This document shows positions 27,317 through 47,719 of a stretch of 63,355 bases of DNA, piece by piece (positions within the stretch are counted from its first letter, which is position 1; every line of letters begins with the position of its first letter). The position numbers and the translations under genes were made by a program. Location of the stretch: positions 1 through 63,355 of the forward strand of contig JAZKFH010000035.1 of the NCBI GenBank assembly GCA_040386535.1. Direction: 5' to 3'. This stretch comes from Myxococcota bacterium (GTDB taxonomy: Bacteria > Myxococcota_A > UBA796 > SXON01). The notes under the pieces were generated by a model, which had not been told where the DNA came from, did no database searches, and worked only from the letters and a program-made list of their open reading frames with translations.

Positions 27317-29920
27317 ATGCCCTCCCGTCTCCTCGTCCTGCTGACGCTGCTCGTGTCCTGCGCTCCCGCCGCGGACGATCCGTCCAAGGATTCTGCCACG
27401 CCCGACACGGGCGATCGCGTGGATCCAGTAGACGCCGACGGGGACGGCTTCGCGTTGGATGAGGACTGCGACGACGACGACCCCACGGTCCATCCCGGCG
27501 CGGAGGAGCGCTGCGACGGGGTGGACCAGGACTGTGACGGGACCGAGGCCGGCGCGGTGGACGCGGCGGCCTGGTACGTGGACGCTGACGGGGATGGATT
27601 CGGGGCGACGGAGGTGCGCGCCTGCGCCGTGCCGCCGGGGGCGACCGGTGCTCCCGGTGACTGCGACGACGCCGACGCGACAGCGTTCCCGGGGGCGGTG
27701 GAGGTGTGCGACGGCGCGGACGACGACTGCGACGGGGAGGTGGACGAGGTGGACGCGGTGGATGCCGCCGATTGGTACGCGGACGCGGACGGGGACGGGT
27801 TTGGAGACGCGGGGGTGGCGGTAACGGGCTGCGCCGCTCCGGCAGGCTTCGTGGCGGACGCGACGGACTGTGAGGACGCGGCGCCGAGCGTGTTTCCCGG
27901 GGCGCCCGAACACTGCGACGGCGCGGATGAGGACTGCGACGGGGCGGTGGACGAGGGCGCGGTGGACGCCGCGACCTGGTACCTGGACACCGACGGGGAC
28001 CACTTCGGGGACACGGGTACGGCATCGGCGGAGTGCGCCGCGCCGACCGGGCACGTGGCCGACGGCGGCGATTGTGACGAGGCCGACCCCCGGGTGCACC
28101 CGGGGGCGGAAGAGGCGTGTGACGACCCGGAGGACCGCAACTGCGACGGCTCGGTGGGCGACGCCGACAACGACAGAGATGGTGTCGTGGCGTGTGACGA
28201 CTGCGACGACGGGGATCCGACGTTGGGCGCGGGATCCACCTGGTGGGCCGATGCCGATGGCGACGGCTTTGGCGACGCGTCAGCCACCGCCGTGGCGTGC
28301 TTGGCGCCCGACGGGTACGGCGGGGACGCGACCGACTGCGACGACGCGGACGCCACGGTGTACCCGGGCGCGCCGGAGCGTTGGTACGACGACGTGGATC
28401 AGGCCTGCGACGGCGGCAGCGACTGGGACGCGGACGGAGACGGCTACGATGCCGATGTGGACGACTGCCTCGACGCGGACGCCGCGGTGAACCCGGCGGC
28501 GGTGGAGGTGTGCGGCAACGGTCTGGACGACGACTGCGACGGAGACGGCACCGCGTGTGTCGCGAGCGGCGACTACCTGCTCGCCGACGCGACGCTCCGG
28601 ATGCTCGGCGAGGGCGAGGGCGACAACGCGGGGTGGGCGGTGACGGGGGAGCCGGGGCTGTTCGGCGACGGGGGCCGCGCGGGCCTCGTGGTGGGAGGCA
28701 CCGGGAACCTCCGGGGTGCCGGTGCGATGTGGGTGGTGGACGCGGGCGCGCGGGACGGCGGGCCCGACGGCGCGGACATGCCCCTCTCGGAGGCCTACGC
28801 GAAGTGGGAGGGCGAGGCCTGGGGAGACCACGCCGGCTACTCGGTGGCGTCGGGTGGCGACATCGACGGGGACGGCGTGCGGGACCTGCTCGTCGGCGCC
28901 GGCTACGAGAGCACGGCCGCGGGTGAAGCAGGGGCGACCTACCTCGTCCCCGCCGACGCCACCGGCGTGTGGTCGCTCGCCGCGGCGAGCGCGAAGATCC
29001 TCGGGGTCAGCTCCGCCGACGCCGTCGGTTCGTCCGTCGCGATCCTGGGAGACATCAACGGCGACGGCTATGACGACTTCGCGACCGGCGCCTTGCGCGA
29101 GCACACGGTCGCGGACTTCGGCGGCGCCGTGTACGTGGTGCACGGGCCGGTCTCCGGGGTGGAGAGCCTCGCGCGTGTCGCCGAAGCGAAGATTCAGGGT
29201 GGGGATGACTACTCGTACCTCGGCCGCTCGCTCGCGAGCGCCGATCTCGACGGCGATGGCGCGGTCGAGCTGGTGGTCGGCGCCGACGGCTCGGACGCCG
29301 GGGCACCGTTCGGCGGCGCGGCGTTCGTGTTCACGCTTCCGTTCTCGGGCGCCCTCCCCGCGGAGGACGCCGACTACGTGCTCACGAGTGTGCAGCGGGA
29401 CCACAGCTTCGGCTTCGACGTGGCGACGCCGGGCGACCTGACGGGGGACGGCTACCCGGACCTCGCGGTGGGCGCGATCGCCGACAGCACCTACGGGTAT
29501 GGCAGCGGCGCCGCCTACGTGTTCGCCGGCCCCCTCACCGGCGACCTGAGCACCGGGGACGCGACGTGCGTGCTGTACGGCACCGAGGTGCGCGACGGCT
29601 TCGGTGTCTCGGTCTCGGGCGCGGGTGATCAGGACCTCGACGGCCTCGAGGACCTCGTGGTCGGCGCGGAGGACACGAGCGGTGTGGACGAGGGGCGCGC
29701 GGTGGTCTTCTACGCTCCGTTCGCCGGCACGCTGACCGCCGCGGACGCCGGCTTCGTCCTGTACGGCGAGGCCGCCAACGACTACGCGGCCTGGGACGTT
29801 GCGGGCGTGGGCGACGCCGACGGCGACGGCCGCCCGGACCTGCTCGTCGGGGCGATGAGCTTCTCCGGCGCCCTGGCGTACCAGGGCGCGGCGTACTTGT
29901 GGTCGGGCGGGGGGATCTGA
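27317..29920 (+). CDS. Lipoprotein with many Cys/Asp-rich putative metal-binding repeats and an FG-GAP (integrin-alpha-like) propeller
   Basis: Lipobox LVSC; repeated WY.DADGDGFG...DCDD...PGA.E.CDG.D.DCDG; GDIDGDG..DLLVGA repeats. Confidence 0.9.
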   Translation: MPSRLLVLLTLLVSCAPAADDPSKDSATPDTGDRVDPVDADGDGFALDEDCDDDDPTVHPGAEERCDGVDQDCDGTEAGAVDAAAWYVDADGDGFGATEVRACAVPPGATGAPGDCDDADATAFPGAVEVCDGADDDCDGEVDEVDAVDAADWYADADGDGFGDAGVAVTGCAAPAGFVADATDCEDAAPSVFPGAPEHCDGADEDCDGAVDEGAVDAATWYLDTDGDHFGDTGTASAECAAPTGHVADGGDCDEADPRVHPGAEEACDDPEDRNCDGSVGDADNDRDGVVACDDCDDGDPTLGAGSTWWADADGDGFGDASATAVACLAPDGYGGDATDCDDADATVYPGAPERWYDDVDQACDGGSDWDADGDGYDADVDDCLDADAAVNPAAVEVCGNGLDDDCDGDGTACVASGDYLLADATLRMLGEGEGDNAGWAVTGEPGLFGDGGRAGLVVGGTGNLRGAGAMWVVDAGARDGGPDGADMPLSEAYAKWEGEAWGDHAGYSVASGGDIDGDGVRDLLVGAGYESTAAGEAGATYLVPADATGVWSLAAASAKILGVSSADAVGSSVAILGDINGDGYDDFATGALREHTVADFGGAVYVVHGPVSGVESLARVAEAKIQGGDDYSYLGRSLASADLDGDGAVELVVGADGSDAGAPFGGAAFVFTLPFSGALPAEDADYVLTSVQRDHSFGFDVATPGDLTGDGYPDLAVGAIADSTYGYGSGAAYVFAGPLTGDLSTGDATCVLYGTEVRDGFGVSVSGAGDQDLDGLEDLVVGAEDTSGVDEGRAVVFYAPFAGTLTAADAGFVLYGEAANDYAAWDVAGVGDADGDGRPDLLVGAMSFSGALAYQGAAYLWSGGGI

Positions 29921-30098
29921 AGGGTGGGGCTCGTGCGCCAGGCGACCGGCGGGCGCGCGGCGGCGCCAGCCGCCGCGCGGTTCGGCGCCGCGCGGCGATA
30001 GCCGCGGACGCGCCAACGGAACCCCGCAGGCCGCCGCCCCGCCGTCCGCGGCGGGGGGCGCCCAAATCGGGAGGGTCCCAAATCAGGAACCAAACGAG

Positions 30099-32450
<2,352 letters not shown>

Positions 32451-32744
32451 AGCGGCTCCGGCGGAAGGTCACCGCCTAACCCGGCGAGGCGGCGGAGTCC
32501 CGAGCACGAGCGGGCGCGATCCGGGGGTTCCGCCGGTCCGGTCGGTGGTTACCCCGCCACGTCGACGGCCTGCGTCTCCTTTTGTGGAGTGGCCGCTGTT
32601 CCGTGTGTGTCCTCTTCGACGATGCGCTATTTCTTGTCGACCGATCGACGTGCCACAGAATGGGCTGACATCCAACTCGGCGTCATCCTGTGGGGCGACG
32701 AAGCGGTCGCGGCCGTGCACGCTTTTCTCCACAGGATATCGCCC

Positions 32745-39719
<6,975 letters not shown>

Positions 39720-39768
39720 CGGGCGGTCGTCCCGGGGGCGGGACTTCCTACTGTACGGACGGGGGGGC

Positions 39769-41448
39769 GTGACGGAGGAGGAACCAATCCAGCTGGAGGT
39801 CGAGCGTGCCAAGGTGCTGATCGTCGATGACGATCGCCGCACCCGGGAGAGCTTGACGTTGCTCCTCGCCCAGCTCGACCAGGACATCGTCCCGGCGGCC
39901 TCGGGCACCGAGGCGCTGCGCCAGTGCCTCCAGATGGATTTCGCGGTGATCCTGATGGACGTGAACATGCCGGGGCTGGACGGATACGCCACCGCTACGA
40001 GCATCCACGCAAGACGGCGATCCGCGGGCGTCCCCATCATCTTCCTCACGGGAGAGGCGCCCGATATCGATCGCCTGCGCGGCTACGTGATCGGCGGGGT
40101 CGATTTCCTGCTCAAGCCCATCGAGCCGGTGATCCTCCAGGCCAAGGTGCGGGTGTTCGTCGAGTTGTGGCAACGCCGCCGGCAGGTCGAGCGCACCCAA
40201 CTCAAGCTCCGCGAGTGGGAGGCGCGTCGCGTGCGGGAAGCGGCAGAGGAGGCGGCCGTCCTGGCTCGCCGCCGCGCGGACGCCGCGCTCTCCGCGGTGC
40301 TGGAGCGCCAGGCGCTCATCTTCCGCACCGTGCCCGTGGCGTTGTTCACCCGCTCCCGGTCCGAGCCGGCGCGGGTGGTCGGGGCCAGCGAGAACGTGGA
40401 TCGGGTGTTGGGATACCCGAGCGCGTCTTTTGTGGCGGACGCCGACTTCTGGCGCTCCCGCCTGCACCCGGAGGACCGCGGCCCCGCGCTTCGCGCCCTC
40501 GCCGACGTGAACGGGCGGGACGCCACCACGTTCACCTACCGCTGGCGTGTCGCGGACGGCACGTGGCGGTGGGTGCTCGAGCACGTGACCCTCCTGGGAG
40601 AGGGGGACACGGAGGGGGAGACCGAGGCGGACGCCCCGTTGTACGGCACGTGTGTGGACATCCACGAGCAGAAGCAGATGGAGGAGGCGCTACGGCAGGC
40701 GAACGAGGCCCTCGATCTGAGGGTGGCGGAGCGCACCGCCGAGCTCGCGGCGGCGGTCGAGGAGCTCGAATCGTTCAGCTCGAGCGTCGCGCACGACCTG
40801 CGGGCGCCCCTGCGCAGCATCCACGCCTACGGGCGCATCCTCGCCGAGGAGAGCGGCGCACCCTTGTCCGAATCGGGCAAACACGCCCAGGTCCGGTTGG
40901 ACCTCGCGGTGCGGCGGATGTCCCAGCTCATCGACGACCTGCTGCGCCTGTCCCGCGTGGCGCGGGCGCGTCTGGAGCGCGAGGTAGTGGATGTCTCCGC
41001 GCTCGCGCTCGAGGTGGGCGGGATGCTCCGCGAACGCGACCCCGACCACATCGTCGAGTTCATCGTCGCGCCCGAGCTGACGGTCGCCGCGGATCGGGGC
41101 CTGCTGCAGATCGCGCTCGAGAACCTGCTCGGCAACGCGTGGAAGTTCACCCGGCCGGTGGAGCACGCCATCGTGGAGGTCGGCGTTCGTGCGGACGACC
41201 CCAACGTATTGTTCGTGCGGGACAACGGCGTCGGCTTCGACATGGCCTACGCGAGCCAGCTGTTCCGGCCGTTCCACCGGTTGCACCCGATGGACCAGTT
41301 CGACGGCACGGGGATCGGCCTCGCGACGGTGCGCCGCATCATCCAGCGGCACGGGGGCGACGTTTGGCCCGAGGCCGCGCCGGGCGCGGGGGCCACGTTC
41401 TTCTTCACGATGGCGGCGCGGGTGGGGGGCGCCGGGTTCCGGCCGTAG
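39769..41448 (+). CDS. Hybrid sensor kinase REC-PAS-HisKA-HATPase
   Basis: LIVDDD...MDVNMP; PAS LHPEDR...DGTWRW; VAHDLRAPL; NAWKF; GTGIGLA. Confidence 0.92.
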   Translation: MTEEEPIQLEVERAKVLIVDDDRRTRESLTLLLAQLDQDIVPAASGTEALRQCLQMDFAVILMDVNMPGLDGYATATSIHARRRSAGVPIIFLTGEAPDIDRLRGYVIGGVDFLLKPIEPVILQAKVRVFVELWQRRRQVERTQLKLREWEARRVREAAEEAAVLARRRADAALSAVLERQALIFRTVPVALFTRSRSEPARVVGASENVDRVLGYPSASFVADADFWRSRLHPEDRGPALRALADVNGRDATTFTYRWRVADGTWRWVLEHVTLLGEGDTEGETEADAPLYGTCVDIHEQKQMEEALRQANEALDLRVAERTAELAAAVEELESFSSSVAHDLRAPLRSIHAYGRILAEESGAPLSESGKHAQVRLDLAVRRMSQLIDDLLRLSRVARARLEREVVDVSALALEVGGMLRERDPDHIVEFIVAPELTVAADRGLLQIALENLLGNAWKFTRPVEHAIVEVGVRADDPNVLFVRDNGVGFDMAYASQLFRPFHRLHPMDQFDGTGIGLATVRRIIQRHGGDVWPEAAPGAGATFFFTMAARVGGAGFRP

Positions 41449-41472
41449 GCGCCCGCGAGGCCGAGGCTGGGG

Positions 41473-42519
41473 CTACAACCCTCCCTCGACCGCCTCGTCC
41501 TCCCGCTCCTCCACCTGCCCGGCCACGTCGTACTTGACCTTTATGAGGGCCCCACGCGGCGGGATGGCGGCCCCGTGGAACTCGATCTGGGCGTACTCCT
41601 CGATGTAGGTCCACCCGTCGGCGCCGGTCTCCAGGGGGGCGACGTCGAGAGGCTCCGCGTCCTCGTCGAGCTGCACGGTGACCTCGATCGTCTCCTCCAC
41701 CGCCGCCTTCGTCAGCTGGAACACGGTCAGGATGCCGGTCGCGACCTCGCCGAGGGCGTCCATGATGACGGAGTAGTCGGTCTCGCAGATGTTGGCGCTC
41801 ACGCCGCCGAGCAGCGCGAACGCGGAGTGGTAGCGGCGCCCCGGGACCGAGGAGACGCACGCGCCCGTGTCCTCCGGGCCGACGATGCCGGAGATCACCA
41901 CCGGATCGCCCCCCTTCAGGTCGACCAGCTGACGCACCAGATCCGTGACCGGCGTGAGCTCCGCGGGCCGGGTGTAACAAGCGTCGCCCTCGGACGTGGC
42001 GCCGAGCGCGCCGTTGTCCGAACAGTCGTTCTCGTCGGAGAGGATGACGACGGAGAGCATCGCCCCGTCCCGAAGGAACCCCTGGTTGATGGTGTCGACG
42101 AGCGGCGGGGAGAGCGCGGTGACCGCGGCCTGGAGCCCCTTCTCCTGGTCGTCCCCGTCCTCCCCCTGCATGACGCGCGCGCCGAACTCGGAGGCGTACT
42201 GGGGGGTGGCGCCGGTGAGGACGGGGGGCTGGCCGAGGAGCACCCCGGCGTAGGGGTTCGTGCGGTCGACGTCCGTCGTGATGACCCCGAGGTGGAAATC
42301 CATCGAGGTGGTCTCGAGGTTGGCGGTGAAGTCCTCGGCGCCGCGGGCCACGGACGACTGCCACGCGCCCATCGACTTGGAGTTGTCGATCACCCAGAGG
42401 ATGTCGACGAGGTTGGACGGCGCCTGCTCGAACTCGTCGGTGTTGGACGCGCGGTGGATCTCCGTCTGGTTGCAGCCGGCGGCGAGGAGAACCAGGGCCA
42501 GGAAGGAGCGCACGAGCAC
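41473..42519 (-). CDS. Lipoprotein with VWA-like domain
   Basis: Lipobox AAGC; VDILWVIDNSKSM MIDAS-like motif; FLRDGAMLSVVILSDEND. Confidence 0.8.
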   Translation of the reverse strand: MLVRSFLALVLLAAGCNQTEIHRASNTDEFEQAPSNLVDILWVIDNSKSMGAWQSSVARGAEDFTANLETTSMDFHLGVITTDVDRTNPYAGVLLGQPPVLTGATPQYASEFGARVMQGEDGDDQEKGLQAAVTALSPPLVDTINQGFLRDGAMLSVVILSDENDCSDNGALGATSEGDACYTRPAELTPVTDLVRQLVDLKGGDPVVISGIVGPEDTGACVSSVPGRRYHSAFALLGGVSANICETDYSVIMDALGEVATGILTVFQLTKAAVEETIEVTVQLDEDAEPLDVAPLETGADGWTYIEEYAQIEFHGAAIPPRGALIKVKYDVAGQVEEREDEAVEGGL

Positions 42520-42625
42520 CTCGACCCCAGGAGGGTAGGACTTCCGCGCGCGGCGGTCAAATCCCCGAGGAGGCCGCGCCCTGGGCTCCCCATGGTATAC
42601 CGCGCCCCCCGTATCGAGGTGTGTC

Positions 42626-45600
42626 CTGCTGACCCTGCTCCTGCTCGCCTGCGCGCCCTACCCCGCGGGCCTGCGTGCCACGCCCGCCGGCGACGGCCCG
42701 CTGGTGAAGATCGACTGGGACGCCAAGCCCCTGCCCGACGTGCCGTACCCGTCCGATCTCGCCACCGTGGTGGACCTGACCAGCCCCACGGGCCTGCGCC
42801 TGAACGTGCCGACCTCCACCGTCACCGAGATGGAGCGCCACGCGCGCGAGAAGCTGAACACGCTCTCCGGCTTCGGCATCTACTCCCCGATCACCGTCGG
42901 GTTCACCGAGCCGCTCGACCTCGCCAACGTGCACGCCCGCCACACCGCCGATGCCCAGCTCGGCGAGGCACAGCTCGCGGACGACGCGTTCTACCTCATC
43001 GACGTCGACCCGGAGAGCCCCGACTACGGCAAGGCCGTGGCGCTCGACGTGGGGCACGGCCGCTACCCGATGGACGTGCCGGACCCGAACCGGTACTTCC
43101 CCAACGACAGCCGGGCCACGTGCCCGAGCCTCGTGTTCGACACGATCGAAGAGGACGTGAACGGCAACGGCGCGCTCGATTGGGGCGAGGACACCGACAA
43201 CGACGGCGTGTTGGATCACCCCAACGTGTGGCCCGACGGGGGGCACCCGCGTGACGATCTGTTGGATTGGTACGAAAAAGAGACCAACACCCTCATCGTG
43301 CGCCCGGTGCGGCCGCTGCGGGAGATGACCACCTACGCGATGGTGCTCACCGAGAGGCTCGTCGGGGAAGACGGAAACCCCGTGCGCTCCCCGTGGGACT
43401 GGGTGCACCACCTGCGCCAGGGCCCGGCGCTCCAGCCGCTGTCCGGCGCGCTGGGTGACCTCGGCCTGTCCATGGACGACGTGGCGTTCGCTTGGGTGTT
43501 CACCACGGGCAACGTCACGGGGGACATGGTGGATGCCCGCCGCGGCCTGCTCGGCGAGGGGCCGCTGGCCGCGATGGACGCGGCGTATCCGGAGGGGGTC
43601 ATCGAGGCGCTGCCCGTGCACGAGATCGACGGGCTCGATCCCTACCGCCTCCCGATCGATCGGCTCATCGGCACCCTCTCTTCGCTCGGGTTGTTCCCCG
43701 ACGAGAGCGCCGACGCGTTGATCGACAACTATGGCACGTTCGCCGACGTGCTCGTGGGTGGCACCTTCACCACGCCCAACCTGCTCGGTGAGCCTGGCCA
43801 GGCCACTGTGTCGGGTGGGGGCCCCGCGTGGCCCGAGGTCGACGACTCCGACGACTACTGGCAGGTCGACAGCTTTGCCGGCACCTACACCGCACGCGCC
43901 GAGCGGGTGCCCTTCACGTGTGTGTTGCCGAAGAACGTGGCCCAGCCGGCGCCCGTCGTGATGTTCGGCCACGGGTACGGCTCGTCGCGGTTCGATTTCC
44001 TGGGGTTCTCCTGGGCGTTCACCCGCATGGGGTTCGCCGCGTGCGCGTTCGACTACCCGGGCCACGGCCCCTCGGTCGACCCCGACGAGGAGGCCCTCAT
44101 CTCGGCGGTGCTGGGCGCGACCGGCCTCGTGCCCTTCTACGAGCACCTCAAGGACAGCCGCTTCCGCGACCTCGACAACGACGGCATCCCCGACTCCGGC
44201 GGGGACCAGTGGTCGGCCGACGCGTTCCACACCCGCGACATGGTGCGCCAGGCCGCGCTCGACCACGCCCAGCTCGTCGACAGCCTCCGCGCGTGCGGCA
44301 CGGGCACGATGCGGCGCGCGGACGGCACCACGGGCATGAGCTGCGATTGGGATGGCGACGGCACCCCCGATCTCGGCGGGCCCGACGTGGAGTACAACGT
44401 GATCGGCGGCTCGCTCGGCGGCATCAACACCGCCGTGGCCGCCGCGGTCGTGGACGAGGTGACCGCGTGGGCGCCCGTCGTGCCCGGCGGCGGGCTGCTC
44501 GACGTGGCGGTGCGCACCGAGATCGGCGGCGCGGTCGAGGCGATGCACGGCCGCATCCTCTCGCCCCTGTTCCTCGGCTACCCCACGGGCGACGGCGGGC
44601 TCCGCGTCGTCCAGATGGTCAACTCCGTGACCGACATGGTCGAGATTCCCGTCGCGACGCTCCCCGCCTTCCCGGCCGGCGGCCGCGTGGTGGTCGAGAA
44701 CCTGACCAACGGCGAGGTGCGCGAGGGCCTCGTCCCGACCGACGGCACGTTCCGCATCGGCATCCCCGCCGACGCCGCCTCGTCCTGGGAGAAGCGCGCC
44801 CTCGGCGGCATCCCGGCGGAGGGCCCCGCGGAGGGCGCCGTCTACACCATCGCCGATCCCACGTTGGCGGGTGACACCCTCCAACTGACCTTCTTCGACG
44901 CGGCGGGCACGTTGGTCTCAACCGTGTCAACGTGGGAGACGGATGCCACGTTCCAGGGTGTCACCTACCCGGCCGGCAGCGTGCTGGTCGCGGCGGCGGA
45001 GGGGCTCGGTCACATCCGCGGCTCTCCCGAGCTGCGCCGCGCCGCCTTCGTGCTCTCGGCGATGCTCGAGCCCGGCGATCCCATCGCCTACGCGCGGTTC
45101 TACACCGAGGAGCCCATCGAGAGCCTCGGCGGCCGCCCCCGCAACGTGCTGTTGGTCCCCACCCCGGGTGACAGCATCGTGAACATCAACACCGGCATCG
45201 CGCTCGCGCGTGCCGCCGGCTGGCTCGACGACACCGAGGTCGACGCGCGCTACGGCACCACGGTCGACCGCTTCCTCCTCGATCGCCGCGTGGTGCAGGG
45301 CCTCGAAGAGTTCGGCCCCTACGTGTGCGCCGACGGCACGCCCTGCTTGTTCGACGCCGACGACCTCGACCAGGGCACCGACGGCACCGGCGCCACCTCG
45401 GAAGCCCCCCTCCGCGTCGTGATGGAGAGCAGCTCGGGCACGAGCGGCCTGCGCCTGCCCTACGTGCGGACGACCGGCACCCACGGCTTCGCCACCCCCG
45501 AGCCCGACCGCGCCTTCGACACCGCCACCTTCGCGACGATGCAGATCGCGTCGTACTTCCTCGACCACGGCGCCTTCATCCGCGACGACCTGTGCCTGGA

Positions 45601-45751
45601 GAGCGCGACCTGCGCGTGGATCCCAGCGCTGCCGGGGGAGGAGGTGGACACGGACACGGGAACTCCTGACACGGGGACTCCCGATACCGGGACCTCCGAT
45701 ACCGGCGACACGGCCACAGTTGGTTCGGATTCCGCGGGAGGTGCGCGATGA
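42626..45751 (+). CDS. Large lipoprotein with alpha/beta-hydrolase (lipase-like) domain
   Basis: FGHGYG oxyanion motif, GGSLGG nucleophile elbow, THGF; lipobox LLAC lies upstream of the first canonical start (GTG 42704), so the start is placed at CTG 42626. Confidence 0.8.
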   Translation: MLTLLLLACAPYPAGLRATPAGDGPLVKIDWDAKPLPDVPYPSDLATVVDLTSPTGLRLNVPTSTVTEMERHAREKLNTLSGFGIYSPITVGFTEPLDLANVHARHTADAQLGEAQLADDAFYLIDVDPESPDYGKAVALDVGHGRYPMDVPDPNRYFPNDSRATCPSLVFDTIEEDVNGNGALDWGEDTDNDGVLDHPNVWPDGGHPRDDLLDWYEKETNTLIVRPVRPLREMTTYAMVLTERLVGEDGNPVRSPWDWVHHLRQGPALQPLSGALGDLGLSMDDVAFAWVFTTGNVTGDMVDARRGLLGEGPLAAMDAAYPEGVIEALPVHEIDGLDPYRLPIDRLIGTLSSLGLFPDESADALIDNYGTFADVLVGGTFTTPNLLGEPGQATVSGGGPAWPEVDDSDDYWQVDSFAGTYTARAERVPFTCVLPKNVAQPAPVVMFGHGYGSSRFDFLGFSWAFTRMGFAACAFDYPGHGPSVDPDEEALISAVLGATGLVPFYEHLKDSRFRDLDNDGIPDSGGDQWSADAFHTRDMVRQAALDHAQLVDSLRACGTGTMRRADGTTGMSCDWDGDGTPDLGGPDVEYNVIGGSLGGINTAVAAAVVDEVTAWAPVVPGGGLLDVAVRTEIGGAVEAMHGRILSPLFLGYPTGDGGLRVVQMVNSVTDMVEIPVATLPAFPAGGRVVVENLTNGEVREGLVPTDGTFRIGIPADAASSWEKRALGGIPAEGPAEGAVYTIADPTLAGDTLQLTFFDAAGTLVSTVSTWETDATFQGVTYPAGSVLVAAAEGLGHIRGSPELRRAAFVLSAMLEPGDPIAYARFYTEEPIESLGGRPRNVLLVPTPGDSIVNINTGIALARAAGWLDDTEVDARYGTTVDRFLLDRRVVQGLEEFGPYVCADGTPCLFDADDLDQGTDGTGATSEAPLRVVMESSSGTSGLRLPYVRTTGTHGFATPEPDRAFDTATFATMQIASYFLDHGAFIRDDLCLESATCAWIPALPGEEVDTDTGTPDTGTPDTGTSDTGDTATVGSDSAGGAR

Positions 45752-47388
45752 TCGCGCTCTCGTTGCTCCTCGCGCCCGCGTTCGGGCAGGAGTCGTCTGA
45801 TTTGGGAGTGCCGGCTTCGGCTTCCGGGTCGGCTCCGGCTTCGGCTCCGGCTTCCGCACCGGCCGCCGAGTCGACGCCCGCGCCCGCCGCCGAGCCCGCG
45901 CCTGCCGCCGCCGAGCCTGCGCCCGCGGCCGCCGAGCAGATCACGCCGTCGGTGGAGTCGACCGCCGCGGCCCCGCCCCCGCGCAAGCCGCCCTTCTCCA
46001 CGACGGGTGAGGTCCGCCTCCTCGGCAGCCTGCCGCCCGGCGTCGTCGTCGATCCCGACGGCAACGAGCTCGGCCAGGGCGCGGTCCTCGACACCCGCTT
46101 GCGCGCCGGCCTCGCCTACGCCGCGGACTCGTGGTCGCTCCGCACCGAGTGGGACCTGTACGACGGCCAGCTCGCCGGCGACGCGTGGGACGTGTCCGGC
46201 ACCACCGACGCCCGTGGGCGCGACGGCGTGGGCATCACCGCGGGGAGCAGCTTCGTCCCCCGCCGCCTCTCGGTCGAGGGCCGCGTGGGTGTGGTGGGGG
46301 TCGAGGCCGGCCTCGTCACCGCGCACTGGGGCCTCGGCATGCTCGCCAACGACGGCGCGCACGACCCCGAGTTCGGCCGCGCCGACTTCGGCGACCGCAT
46401 GATCCGCGTGCGCGTGGCGACACGGCCCGTCGCCGGCGTGCCGCTGACCGTCGCGATCGCGGGCGACCGCATCATCGAGGACGAGAACGCCACCTGGAGC
46501 CCCTTCACCGGCGGTCAGGCGGCGTGGCAGGGTCTCGCGAGCGTGCTCTGGGGCGAGCCCACGGGGCCGCGCGCGGGCCTCTACGGCGTGTACCGCAACC
46601 AGACGGAGGCCGACGGCCTGCGGGTCACCGAGGTCGGTGTCGTCGACCTGTTCGGCGATGCCCCGCTCACCGTCCCCGGCTGGTCCTTCCGCGTGGCCGG
46701 CGAGGCCGCCGGCATCCTCGGCTCCACCTCGCGCGCGCAGACCTACAACGCCAAGAGCGGCCTCGTGGTGCAGTCCGCGGGGGCGCTCGCCCTCCTCGAA
46801 GCCCGTCCCAACGCGCTGCCCGTGCGCGCCATCGCTCGCGCCGGCTGGGCCAGCGGCGACGGCAAGCTCGAGGATGGCTACTCGCGCGACTTCACCTTTG
46901 ATCGTGACCTCGGCGTCGGCATGGTCCTGTTCGACGAGCTCCAGGGCGCTGTCGACGCCGCCGCCTACGCCCAGCTGACCGACACGTCCCACTCCGGCGG
47001 CGCGCCCGACGGCGCCGAGGTCCTCGTGGCCGAAGGCGCCGTGCGCCACGCCGCGTTCGTCCAGCCCGTGATCGGCGTCACGCCGCGCCCGTGGCTCGAC
47101 GTGAAGGGCGGCGTGCTGTTCGCGTGGAACACCAGCCCGATTGTCCAGCCGTTCGCGACGTTCCGGAACGGCGGCGTCCCCACCAACCACCTGGGCACGC
47201 CCACCACCGGCTACGCGCTCGGCACCGAGCTCGACTGGGCCGTGACGCTGGGCAACGTGGATGCCGAGGTGTTCGGCGTCAAGACGGTGCCGGCGCTCAT
47301 CGTGCAGGGCGGGCACCTGCTCGCCTCCGCGGACATGGGCGGCGGCGTCGTGACCCTCGTGACCGCGACGGGGCGCGTGCGCTGGTAG
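45748..47388 (+). CDS. Outer-membrane beta-barrel protein (porin-like)
   Basis: Signal peptide, Pro/Ala linker, amphipathic strands, LGTELDW, terminal aromatic (GRVRW); ATGA overlap. Confidence 0.72.
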   Translation: MIALSLLLAPAFGQESSDLGVPASASGSAPASAPASAPAAESTPAPAAEPAPAAAEPAPAAAEQITPSVESTAAAPPPRKPPFSTTGEVRLLGSLPPGVVVDPDGNELGQGAVLDTRLRAGLAYAADSWSLRTEWDLYDGQLAGDAWDVSGTTDARGRDGVGITAGSSFVPRRLSVEGRVGVVGVEAGLVTAHWGLGMLANDGAHDPEFGRADFGDRMIRVRVATRPVAGVPLTVAIAGDRIIEDENATWSPFTGGQAAWQGLASVLWGEPTGPRAGLYGVYRNQTEADGLRVTEVGVVDLFGDAPLTVPGWSFRVAGEAAGILGSTSRAQTYNAKSGLVVQSAGALALLEARPNALPVRAIARAGWASGDGKLEDGYSRDFTFDRDLGVGMVLFDELQGAVDAAAYAQLTDTSHSGGAPDGAEVLVAEGAVRHAAFVQPVIGVTPRPWLDVKGGVLFAWNTSPIVQPFATFRNGGVPTNHLGTPTTGYALGTELDWAVTLGNVDAEVFGVKTVPALIVQGGHLLASADMGGGVVTLVTATGRVRW

Positions 47389-47419
47389 GCGCGACGAGTC
47401 CCGTGTCTAGACATGGGGC

Positions 47420-47719
47420 ATGCGCGCAGTCTACAAGGTGCTCCCCGACGCGGAACGATGGGCCATCAAGCTCGAGGGCGAGTACACTCCGCTCGCGATG
47501 CACCCGAGCAAGAGCGAGGCCGTGAAGGCGGCCCGCGACATGGCCGAGCGGGACATGCCGAGCCGCCTCGTCGTCATCGACGGTCGCGGCAAGGTCGAGT
47601 CCGACAAGCTCTACGGCACCGACCAGCTCGAGGCCGACGTGCAGGGCATGCGCGCGATGGAGGCGCCCTTGCCGGAGGGGCTGGAGCCGATGCCGGAGAT
47701 GGAGGAGGAGGAGGGGTGA
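47420..47719 (+). CDS. DUF2188-like small protein
   Basis: WAIKLEG...SKSEAVKAARDMA...LVVIDGRGKVE...YG.D pattern. Confidence 0.75.
   Translation: MRAVYKVLPDAERWAIKLEGEYTPLAMHPSKSEAVKAARDMAERDMPSRLVVIDGRGKVESDKLYGTDQLEADVQGMRAMEAPLPEGLEPMPEMEEEEG

Noticed and set aside
27117..30020. Family H hairpins as integron attC sites
   Set aside because: The order is GTT...AAC rather than RYYYAAC...GTTRRRY, and no integron integrase is seen
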